A stretch of 64,000 bases of DNA, taken from IMG/VR virus record IMGVR_UViG_3300031963_000105; one strand, written 5' to 3'. This DNA comes from a virus. A model generated the notes under the pieces. It made no database searches and was not told where the DNA came from. It was given only the letters and a program-made list of their open reading frames with translations. The translations under genes and the position numbers were made by a program. This document shows, piece by piece, positions 49,392 through 57,172 of the stretch (position 1 is its first letter; each line of letters begins with the position of its first letter).

Positions 49392-50420
49392 AGTTGAAAT
49401 ATTTGCGCTTTTATTTATAACTTTAACTTGTTCTACCCCAAAGTTATTTTTATCTAAAGAAATAATACTAAATCCATTTTGCCAATTTGGTGCAGATCCA
49501 TAAACTGGAGACAAATCACAAGCACATCCATTTTCCCAAGCAAAAATTTGCTTCTCTTTTCTCGAACCGATTCCGGGAAATCTTTGTGATGTAGATCCAA
49601 TTCTGTGCGTATGGTTATGCATAACAGAAACCATCCATTTATCCATATGAGCTTTTGCTGAATAGCCACCGCTTTTTCTTACGATGTCTCCGTGCAAAAC
49701 AACAAATTCTGGAGTTAATTCTACATAATCAACCAAATCAACATATTGTTGATAATCACCTAAGAATACGTTTCCATAAGAAAGTCTATCTTTTATGTCA
49801 GGGAGTGAAGCCAATTCTCCAAGTCTGTCGCTCAAATATCTAAACCATCTACCGGAAATATCATTTCCACTGTGGTTAGCGTTTGTTTCTAAAATGTGAC
49901 AATCATTTGATATAGATACTAACTGAGCTAAAAATTTATGATATTCAACTCTTTCATCCATAAGAGAATAACGATGACGAATATCTTTTGGATATTTAGA
50001 TATAGCAAACATATCTAGTGTATCACCATTTAAAATTACAGTCTTTGGATTTAATTCTCTAACAACTTCAAAGAATATATCTATAGTGGCATCATCTTGA
50101 ACGGGGAAATGCATATCACCTATAACGACACAATAATCGTTAAGAGTTTTATTTATGTTATTATTTTGTTTTACGTTACAAGAGATTGGTGATAAATTTT
50201 CTAAAAAATTTAGAACGTCTTCCGGTTCTTTAGAAGATATTCTAGATAGATTTTCATTTACATAACCAACCACATTTGAATGCTCGTATCTTGGTTTATG
50301 TCTATCATAAAACCAATCTCTCGCTGTTGTCTCCCCAATTCCTAATTGGTTTGATATTTCCTTGAAAGAGAATCCTTTATCTCTTAGTGATTTTACTGTT
50401 TCTGGTGTTTTTGTTTCCAT
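49368..50420 (-). CDS. HTH-fused calcineurin-like metallophosphoesterase
   Basis: N-terminal HTH (LRDKGFSFKEISNQLGIGETTARDW); GDMH, LNGD, ANH, VLHGD, HNHTHR motifs. Confidence 0.85.
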   Translation of the reverse strand: METKTPETVKSLRDKGFSFKEISNQLGIGETTARDWFYDRHKPRYEHSNVVGYVNENLSRISSKEPEDVLNFLENLSPISCNVKQNNNINKTLNDYCVVIGDMHFPVQDDATIDIFFEVVRELNPKTVILNGDTLDMFAISKYPKDIRHRYSLMDERVEYHKFLAQLVSISNDCHILETNANHSGNDISGRWFRYLSDRLGELASLPDIKDRLSYGNVFLGDYQQYVDLVDYVELTPEFVVLHGDIVRKSGGYSAKAHMDKWMVSVMHNHTHRIGSTSQRFPGIGSRKEKQIFAWENGCACDLSPVYGSAPNWQNGFSIISLDKNNFGVEQVKVINKSANISTLGMTIKA

Positions 50421-50512
50421 TGTTTAAATGTTTTAATATAAAAAATAAAAAAAGTCAATTAAAAATAATTTTTTTTGTTTATGTGTTACAAAAATTGTAT
50501 AAATAATTATAT

Positions 50513-50938
50513 ATGTCCAGTAATAATAATCAGGGCGACAAAAAAAGTCAAGACACATTAATCGAAGTAATACCAAACATAGCAAAAATCCACCCATCGA
50601 TAATAGCACCATTACTTAAACCATTTTTCATGTTTATATTATTTTTAGCTATTGGTTATTACACGTTATGGATGTCTGCTAATTATGTAAAACGAGATGC
50701 ATTCGAAGCTTATACAACAAAGCAAGATCAACTTTTAAACTCCAGATTTGATCTCATACAAAATAGACTAGAATCAATATTAAACCAGCAGATAGTAACA
50801 TCAGAACAATTCAAAAATTTAAATTTAATTTTAAATACTCAGCAAAAATCCTTGGATACTTTAAACGACAGATTGACCTTCTTGGAAAGAAATTATTTCA
50901 AAAAAACAAGTGACGATTCTAATTCTGGCGTTAAATAA
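50513..50938 (+). CDS. Single-pass membrane protein with coiled coil (holin- or i-spanin-like)
   Basis: TM FFMFILFLAIGYYTLWM followed by heptad repeats; TATAAATA at 50498-50505. Confidence 0.65.
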   Translation: MSSNNNQGDKKSQDTLIEVIPNIAKIHPSIIAPLLKPFFMFILFLAIGYYTLWMSANYVKRDAFEAYTTKQDQLLNSRFDLIQNRLESILNQQIVTSEQFKNLNLILNTQQKSLDTLNDRLTFLERNYFKKTSDDSNSGVK

Positions 50939-50943
50939 TATTA

Positions 50944-51216
50944 ATGATAAGAATTTTAATTTTTCTTTTTTTAATAAACTTTAATATATTTGCAATCGAA
51001 AATAAAACAATAATTGTTTCCGGCGAAACAAATTATGAACAACAAAAAACAAAAAGTATAAAATCAAATCTATCTGGTGAATATAGATATGAATTTTATG
51101 AGCACAAAAGTAAAAGTTTTGTTTTGTATGTACAAGGAAAAATAGTGATGGATTATGATGTTTTCGGAAAAGAATTAAAAAATAACGTTTTTACCACATT
51201 CGGGATTGACTTTTAA
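50944..51216 (+). CDS. Small secreted beta-strand protein with OMP-like C-terminal Phe
   Basis: Signal peptide MIRILIFLFLINFNIFA; alternating beta-strands; ends in TTFGIDF. Confidence 0.6.
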   Translation: MIRILIFLFLINFNIFAIENKTIIVSGETNYEQQKTKSIKSNLSGEYRYEFYEHKSKSFVLYVQGKIVMDYDVFGKELKNNVFTTFGIDF

Positions 51217-51234
51217 TTTCATTTTACCTAATAT
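51206..51234 (+). promoter_or_regulatory. sigma70-like promoter
   Basis: TTGACT-17 nt-TAATAT, 8 nt before the ATG. Confidence 0.65.
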
Positions 51235-51242
51235 ATAGATAT

Positions 51243-51845
51243 ATGGGGATGTACGATGAAATAAAAATAAAACAAAATCTTTCTATTCCGGAAGATTTAA
51301 AATCTTTAAATATAGATTGGAAAGAATATAATTTTCAAACAAAAGATTTAGATAATTGTTTATCCGAATATTTCATATCAGAGGATGGGCTTCTATATGA
51401 ACATATTATAGAAAGAGAATATATACCTTATACCGAAGAAGAAAAAAAAGATAAAAACCATAAGTCTTGGAATCTTTGGAAAGATATTATAGAAAAAGGT
51501 TCAGAAGATAAAAAAATAGATTTTCACGGAACTTTAATTTTTTATACATACGATCAGTTAGACGAAGACACAGATTTTTGGATTGAATTTAAATCTTATT
51601 TTGTATATGGAAAACTAGACAAGATAGAACTTTTAGACTTTAAACTAGATAAAGATAGAAAAGTAAAAGATGAAAAGTGGAAAGATGCATATAAAAAACT
51701 TCAAAATCATCCTTGGACTATTTTTAGACGATACGCATCTTACTTAGGGTGGAGATGGTTTTGGAAAAAAATAATAAATTTATTCTATTTAATATCAACA
51801 GTTTCAAATAATATTAGAATGTTTATTATAAAAAATATACTATAA
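51243..51845 (+). CDS. Hypothetical phage protein
   Basis: MGMYDEI...FQTKDLDNCL..Y.I.EDG.L pattern recurrent in phage proteins. Confidence 0.7.
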   Translation: MGMYDEIKIKQNLSIPEDLKSLNIDWKEYNFQTKDLDNCLSEYFISEDGLLYEHIIEREYIPYTEEEKKDKNHKSWNLWKDIIEKGSEDKKIDFHGTLIFYTYDQLDEDTDFWIEFKSYFVYGKLDKIELLDFKLDKDRKVKDEKWKDAYKKLQNHPWTIFRRYASYLGWRWFWKKIINLFYLISTVSNNIRMFIIKNIL

Positions 51846-51860
51846 AGAATAAATAATTAG

Positions 51861-52289
51861 ATGAAAATGAATTTTTACGTTTTGGTTGAAAAAATAATGT
51901 CTTCTTTATTAGAAGAATCTTTTGATATATTTTTTGTCAAAACTATAAATTCAGAAATAGATGTTATTAAAGGAATAAAAGACTTTAAACTCAAGAAAAA
52001 TGCTCTTAAAGAAAAATATAAATCCTTAACATATCATCTTTTAAATTCAAACTACGAAAACGTTTTAAAAAATAACTTTCCAGATTTAAGACCTAAATCA
52101 ACTGACGCGGAGTTTGAAAAATATTTTCACGAATATCTAGTAAATAATCCTCCAGCTGGTAATAGTTTCAAAAAATTTATATCCGACATAGATAATATAA
52201 TATTAAAACTCGGCAATAGAAATAACCAACAGCTTGGTAATTTATTACTTCTCAGAAGTGAATATTTAATACAATACGGAGATTTTTAA
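51861..52289 (+). CDS. Hypothetical protein with CTS-like N-terminus
   Basis: MKMNFYVLVEKIMSSLLEES; AATAAATA box upstream. Confidence 0.7.
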   Translation: MKMNFYVLVEKIMSSLLEESFDIFFVKTINSEIDVIKGIKDFKLKKNALKEKYKSLTYHLLNSNYENVLKNNFPDLRPKSTDAEFEKYFHEYLVNNPPAGNSFKKFISDIDNIILKLGNRNNQQLGNLLLLRSEYLIQYGDF

Positions 52290-52326
52290 CTTTACTTTTT
52301 AAAAACAAAATTTATACTAATATAGT

Positions 52327-52608
52327 ATGAATAAAATTTGTAAAAAAATAGAGTCTAATACAGAGTACTATGTTAAATTTACGGACGAAGAACTTAAAGA
52401 ATTAAATATAAAAGAAGGAGATAAATTTTCTTGGGATATAAAAGAAGATGGAATTCTTTTAACAAAATATGAAAAAATAGATTTAGACTTATCAGAGTTC
52501 TCTAGAGAGTTATTAGAATTTATTATTTGCGAATCAAACAATAGAGATTTAACAATATCTGAATTTATAGAACAAATTCTTACTGAGAAAGTAAAAAATA
52601 ATATATAA
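52327..52608 (+). CDS. AbrB/MazE-like DNA-binding protein
   Basis: YYVKFTDEELKELNIKEGDKFSWDIKEDGILL swapped-hairpin pattern; C-terminal helix pair. Confidence 0.65.
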   Translation: MNKICKKIESNTEYYVKFTDEELKELNIKEGDKFSWDIKEDGILLTKYEKIDLDLSEFSRELLEFIICESNNRDLTISEFIEQILTEKVKNNI

Positions 52609-52649
52609 ATATTGTTATTGATACACTTATAAGATAAATATTTATTGCT

Positions 52650-52994
52650 ATGAATAGAAAAGACTTTAAAACATTATCGGAATCTTACGAAAAAATTTTT
52701 GAAAACACATTAACATCAATGATTGATGATGATCAAGCTTTAGCAAGTTCCGAAGTTCCAATGCCTTCTCCAGAAGTCTCTACACTAGCTATTACTAACT
52801 CTCCAGCTACAACCGAAGTAGATGAAGCAAAACAAATGGTTATTGCTAACTTAAAAACTTTAATCGGTCATGCTGAAAAAGCCTTGAACATCCTTCAGGG
52901 TGGTAAAGAATTGGAAGCTTGGATGAATGATAAAATTAGCGTAGCATCTAATGATGTGGTTCAAGTCGCTAATGCTTTAGAGTTTGGAGACTAA
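52650..52994 (+). CDS. Hypothetical protein with CTS-like N-terminus
   Basis: MNRKDFKTLSESYEKIFEN; C-terminal LEAWMNDKISVA helix; GATAAATA box upstream. Confidence 0.7.
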   Translation: MNRKDFKTLSESYEKIFENTLTSMIDDDQALASSEVPMPSPEVSTLAITNSPATTEVDEAKQMVIANLKTLIGHAEKALNILQGGKELEAWMNDKISVASNDVVQVANALEFGD

Positions 52995-53203
52995 ACTAAT
53001 TTAAAAATCTCACCCACTAAAGAAAAAGATTCATTCTTTGTCTTTTTAGATTTATTTTTCTTAACCTTTAAGAACTTCTTAATTTCTTTTTTAGGCATTT
53101 CTTTTGCTACTTCTTTAGCTTTTTTAGAGATTCCTTTTTGTCCTTTTTTAGCTCCCATTACGGCACCAAAAAATTTTCGTTGTTTTTCTGTTGTAGATGG
53201 CAT
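52991..53203 (-). CDS. Small basic protein (DUF3008-like)
   Basis: MPSTTEKQRKFFGAVMGAKKG...AKEMPKKEIKKF; GATAAATA box upstream. Confidence 0.65.
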   Translation of the reverse strand: MPSTTEKQRKFFGAVMGAKKGQKGISKKAKEVAKEMPKKEIKKFLKVKKNKSKKTKNESFSLVGEIFKLV

Positions 53204-53233
53204 ATACTAGTATTTATCTTTTTTATTAAAAAA

Positions 53234-53647
53234 ATGCAATACGAGCTTAAAAAAAGTTTAGAAATAGCTAATGCAGAATATGATGTCTCTCATGATATGA
53301 GAGTTCAAGTTTTTTCTTTTGGATGGTATAAAAAAAGATTAATTTGCATAGGTAAGAATAAAAACAAAACACACCCATTAAATATAACAAAAAATCCAAT
53401 TTATTTTGATAATAAAGTTTTAGAGACAAAAACAACTTGCGCTGAATTAGATTTATTTTTAAGATTAAAAAATAAAACTAATATACCTTATAATAAATTA
53501 ACAATAGTAAATGTCAGATTAGATAAAAATATGAATATTAAAAATTCTAAATGTTGTAGAAGCTGTAGTTCTTTAATTAAATATATGGATCCTAAAAATA
53601 TATATTATACGACAGACGAAGGATCATTTGAATTATATGAACAGTAA
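53234..53647 (+). CDS. Zinc-dependent deaminase-like protein (CAE / CCxxC variant)
   Basis: IGKN..KTHP, TCAELD, NVRLD...NSKCCRSC, KNIYYT; start revised to 53234. Confidence 0.7.
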   Translation: MQYELKKSLEIANAEYDVSHDMRVQVFSFGWYKKRLICIGKNKNKTHPLNITKNPIYFDNKVLETKTTCAELDLFLRLKNKTNIPYNKLTIVNVRLDKNMNIKNSKCCRSCSSLIKYMDPKNIYYTTDEGSFELYEQ

Positions 53648-53648
53648 C

Positions 53649-54053
53649 ATGAAAGAAAAATTAATAACAGCTTACATGGATGTCGCTGAAAGATTTTCAC
53701 AGTTATCAACTGCCACTAGGTTAAAGGTTGGAGCAGTGGTTGTAAAAGATAATAGAATAATATCTATAGGATACAATGGTACACCAGAAGGATGGTGTAA
53801 TAAATGTGAAGATGATTCTAATAAAACTAAACCAGAGGTTATCCACGCAGAGATGAATTGTATAAATAAATTAGCAAAATCAAACGAAAGCGGAAAAGAT
53901 TCTGTTATGTTCATAACTCATTCTCCATGTATGGAATGTGCTAAATCTATTTACGGATCTGGTATAAAAACAGTTTTCTATAAAATTCTATATAGAGATT
54001 TAAGTGGAATAGAGTTTTTAAAAAAGTGTGGAGTAGAAGTTTTTAAAATTTAA
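53649..54053 (+). CDS. cd: dCMP deaminase
   Basis: RLKVGAVVVKDNRIISIGYNG, IHAEMN, THSPCMECAKSI; probable start 53649. Confidence 0.93.
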   Translation: MKEKLITAYMDVAERFSQLSTATRLKVGAVVVKDNRIISIGYNGTPEGWCNKCEDDSNKTKPEVIHAEMNCINKLAKSNESGKDSVMFITHSPCMECAKSIYGSGIKTVFYKILYRDLSGIEFLKKCGVEVFKI

Positions 54054-54060
54054 AAAAGTC

Positions 54061-54089
54061 TCTGGTGCTCAAGCAAAGACTATCGAAAC
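54061..54089 (-). repeat. 3' arm of long-range inverted repeat flanking hsp20
   Basis: mRNA sense GTTTCGATAGTCTTTGCTTGAGCACCAGA is complementary to 54600-54626. Confidence 0.85.
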
Positions 54090-54569
54090 TTAGTCAACCT
54101 TAATATCTATGTTATAGACCTCCGGTTGTTTTACGGGAACGGTTACTCGCAATAAACCATCCACGTATGTTGATGTGATGTTTTTAGCATCTGTGTTTTC
54201 ATTCAAGACAAAAGAAAGACTTCCTTTACGCTTGCTTATTCCTTTTTTGACATAAGAAACGTTCTTATCATCATCCTTGTCTTCTTTAAGAACATCAATA
54301 TTCAAATGTCCATCTCGGACTTTGACATCAATGTTATTTTTTCCAACACCGGCTAGAGCAACTTCTACAATGTATTTGTCTGCTCCTCCGTCAGCATTTT
54401 TAATTGCTTTAATGTTGTATGGGTAAACAGCATTCTTTACTTCAAATGCCTTCTCCCAATCGTTTATTACGGTGTTTAGCCAATCATCATTGAACAGAGC
54501 GGGTAATTGGCTGAATACCCTTTCTGTGGACGAATAATGTCCGGGTGTGTATGTTGTTATGTTTGTCAT
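54090..54569 (-). CDS. hsp20: Small heat-shock protein Hsp20
   Basis: Alpha-crystallin motifs YPYNI, VEVALAG, YVKKGISKR, YVDGLLRVTVP; canonical SD AAGGAG. Confidence 0.95.
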   Translation of the reverse strand: MTNITTYTPGHYSSTERVFSQLPALFNDDWLNTVINDWEKAFEVKNAVYPYNIKAIKNADGGADKYIVEVALAGVGKNNIDVKVRDGHLNIDVLKEDKDDDKNVSYVKKGISKRKGSLSFVLNENTDAKNITSTYVDGLLRVTVPVKQPEVYNIDIKVD

Positions 54570-54600
54570 ATATTTTCTCCTTTTTTAAGCGAGGTATATG
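54567..54600 (-). promoter_or_regulatory. ROSE-like RNA thermometer hairpin over the hsp20 SD and AUG
   Basis: CAUAUA-C-CUC(G)CUU-AAAA-AAGGAG-AAAA-UAUAUG; contains the UCGCU anti-SD motif. Confidence 0.65.
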
Positions 54601-54626
54601 TTTGTCTAGCCTTTGTGAGCACCAGA
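54600..54626 (-). repeat. 5' arm of long-range inverted repeat flanking hsp20
   Basis: mRNA sense TCTGGTGCTCACAAAGGCTAGACAAAC, just downstream of a late-type TAAGTA box (54635-54640). Confidence 0.85.
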
Positions 54627-54701
54627 ACTATACATACTTATCATTTTTTTATTAAAAATACAACAAGATTTTTTTATGTATTATATGTAAATATATACTA
54701 G

Positions 54702-55148
54702 ATGACGACCTTTAAAAATTTTACACAAAAAAGACCTATAGTATTAATCATAAATAATACAAAAAGTGGTTATTCAGAAAAACTTAAGTATTTTTTTAAA
54801 GGTAAATCAAACATTAAAATATTTGATGATAATTTTAATATGGAAAAAATATTAAAATTAAACCCGAGATTAGTTCTAGATATAAATGAAAGTAATAAAA
54901 CGAGAGGTATTTATATAAACTGTTCAAACTCTATAATAGAAAAAATCAAATACATAATTTCTAATAATATAGAAATTCCATTTATAGGAAAACATCAAGT
55001 AAATAAAAATAAAAAATTAGAACTTCAATTATTTAAAACTGGAACTCCTTACTGCTATATAGAGTTTCCAACGTCCGGGTTTGAATATAAAACTTTACTT
55101 AAAAATACATTGATTATTTTAAACCGTATAGTAAACTATTTTAAATAA
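54702..55148 (+). CDS. Hypothetical protein (MTTFKNF CTS-like start)
   Basis: GTAAATA box at 54687-54693; alpha/beta pattern without clear catalytic motifs. Confidence 0.6.
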   Translation: MTTFKNFTQKRPIVLIINNTKSGYSEKLKYFFKGKSNIKIFDDNFNMEKILKLNPRLVLDINESNKTRGIYINCSNSIIEKIKYIISNNIEIPFIGKHQVNKNKKLELQLFKTGTPYCYIEFPTSGFEYKTLLKNTLIILNRIVNYFK

Positions 55149-56008
55149 TGGTAGAACTTAAATCATTAAGAAAAATATGTAAAATTCTTTTCGGTGAAAA
55201 TCAAGATACCTTTTTACCAGAACTTGAACATAATTGGAATAATTTAAATTTTAACGGACAAATAATAAAATCTGTAAATTGGTATTGCAACGATGAAAAA
55301 GAAGAATACAACAAAGAAGGAAATAAAGAATACAAACCTTCAGATGTATTATACGAGTTAAATGAATATGGTTATAGAACTTCCGAAGAAACAAACGATT
55401 TTTTTAATGAAAATTTAATAGCTTGTTTTGGTTGTAGTAACACTTTTGGTTATGGTTTACCTTGGAACGAAACTTGGAGTGCTAAATTAAACGATAAATT
55501 GGGAGTAGATTGGTGTGTTAAAAATTATGGAGTGTGTGGGGCTTCCATGGATACAATTAGTAGATTGATATACAATTATACAATATCACACAAACCAAAA
55601 ATAATATGTTGTTTTTTTCCCGAAATTTTTAGAATGGAATTATTTTCTGATGATAAACTATCAAATTTTACTCCAGTATATTCAAAGCATCAAAATAAAA
55701 AAATTTATCAAAATTACATAAACATCATAAATGAAGACTTTGGCGTTTATATGTTTGTTAAAAATTTTAAATTCATAGAAACAATATGTAAATTACATGA
55801 TATAAAATTATACTGGTCTACTTGGTCGAAAACAATTTTTAATTTCAACGAAGAAACAACAAAAAAATTCTTAAACGAAAACGGAATTAAAGTCGTTGAA
55901 CACGACACGCATTTTTGTAATCAACCTAAAGCTAGAGATAATGGACACTTCGGAAGAGAAGTAAATGAAAAAATAGCTCAGGGTTTTTGCGATGTGATTT
56001 TATCGTAA
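55148..56008 (+). CDS. SGNH-hydrolase-like protein (paralogue A)
   Basis: Block I FGCSNTFG, block II NYGVCGAS, block V RDNGHFG. Confidence 0.75.
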   Translation: MVELKSLRKICKILFGENQDTFLPELEHNWNNLNFNGQIIKSVNWYCNDEKEEYNKEGNKEYKPSDVLYELNEYGYRTSEETNDFFNENLIACFGCSNTFGYGLPWNETWSAKLNDKLGVDWCVKNYGVCGASMDTISRLIYNYTISHKPKIICCFFPEIFRMELFSDDKLSNFTPVYSKHQNKKIYQNYINIINEDFGVYMFVKNFKFIETICKLHDIKLYWSTWSKTIFNFNEETTKKFLNENGIKVVEHDTHFCNQPKARDNGHFGREVNEKIAQGFCDVILS

Positions 56009-56802
56009 AATTCTTTTGCTATATTTTTACTTGTATTTGGTCCGAAGTGTATTCCATCTAAACCATAATCTATATTAGATTCTAAATGACTTAAGTCTAC
56101 GTAATTATTAATATTTAAATGTCTTTCTATGAAAGATTTATCTAAACAATATATATTTCTAGCCCATGTAGACCAATAAAATTTTATATTTTTGTTGTCG
56201 CATAAATTTTGTATAAACTTAAAATTTTTTATAAAGTTATAAATTCCATTATCTTCAGTTGAAATTTTTTTATAAGCCATATAAAATTCATGTTGTATAA
56301 AAGAATATGTTTTTAATATCTCTTTGTTTTCAGTTTTTCTAAAATTTTTTAAATCCGAATTAACATCAAAAAATTCCATTCTAAAAAAATCTGGAAATAA
56401 ACAACATATAATTTTTGGTTTTTTATTTGAAACAAAATTATATATTAATCTAGATATGTTATCATTTGAACCTCCGGGTACTCCATAATTTTTAACGCAC
56501 CATTCATCACCTATAAATTTGTTTAACAAAAAAGGCCAAGTATCCTTATACTCAATAGCCATACCAAAGGTATTACTACATCCAAAACACCCTATCAAAT
56601 TTTCATTAAAAAAATTATTTGTTTCTTCGGAAGTCCTATAACCATATTCATTTACTTCATATTTTATAGTATCTAATTTATCAATATCATTTGTTTTAGT
56701 ATGTATGTTTTTACTATCGAAAGAATCTATATCCCATATAGTATCGTGTAATTGAGAATTAAATGTTTTACTTAAAAAATAATTTTTTAAACTATTTGTC
56801 AT
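55978..56802 (-). CDS. SGNH-hydrolase-like protein (paralogue B)
   Basis: FGCSNTFG, NYGVPGGS, LDGIHFG; clear paralogue of 55148-56008. Confidence 0.75.
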   Translation of the reverse strand: MTNSLKNYFLSKTFNSQLHDTIWDIDSFDSKNIHTKTNDIDKLDTIKYEVNEYGYRTSEETNNFFNENLIGCFGCSNTFGMAIEYKDTWPFLLNKFIGDEWCVKNYGVPGGSNDNISRLIYNFVSNKKPKIICCLFPDFFRMEFFDVNSDLKNFRKTENKEILKTYSFIQHEFYMAYKKISTEDNGIYNFIKNFKFIQNLCDNKNIKFYWSTWARNIYCLDKSFIERHLNINNYVDLSHLESNIDYGLDGIHFGPNTSKNIAKEFYDKITSQKP

Positions 56803-57041
56803 TTTTTTAAGTTCAATATATCAGATAACGACTTACATAATTTCATTGAATTTGGTATTGATAAATAAACTAAAAGACCATCAAAAGAAAAGCGGATAAC
56901 GGTATCTTCTAATACTTCCCCACTCTCATCTAGAACCTCTTCAATCGAAAAGTTTTGTATTAAAAATGCGGAATTCATTTTTTTTCTTTTTTCAATTTCT
57001 TTAGGCTTCATTCTTTTATCCCAATTACTTTTTTTCGGCAT
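56799..57041 (-). CDS. Hypothetical protein
   Basis: 80-aa ORF with a TATAAGTA box (57053-57060) and ATGA coupling to the SGNH B gene. Confidence 0.6.
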   Translation of the reverse strand: MPKKSNWDKRMKPKEIEKRKKMNSAFLIQNFSIEEVLDESGEVLEDTVIRFSFDGLLVYLSIPNSMKLCKSLSDILNLKK

Positions 57042-57067
57042 ATATATATATATACTTATATATATAT
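57040..57067. repeat. (AT)n dinucleotide runs flanking a late promoter
   Basis: (AT)7A at 57040-57054, then CTT, then (AT)5 at 57058-57067. Confidence 0.85.
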
Positions 57068-57172
57068 TTTCAAAAATTTTAGTAAATTATTGTTAATAAA
57101 TATATTTATCATTATTCAATAAAATTTTCATACGTATGTATTTAATGAGTTTATTTAAAATTTTTTTAATCA

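Noticed and set aside
54558-54606. 10-nt direct repeat (GACAAACATA in mRNA sense) in the hsp20 5'UTR and first codons
   Set aside because: Short and A-rich; it might allow alternative pairing, but I found no complementary partner to support a switch.
55361-56652. The inverted 90-nt homology as a site-specific shufflon
   Set aside because: Mismatches are mostly synonymous, as expected for duplicated coding sequence, and no invertase is nearby. Kept only as a possible substrate for homologous inversion.
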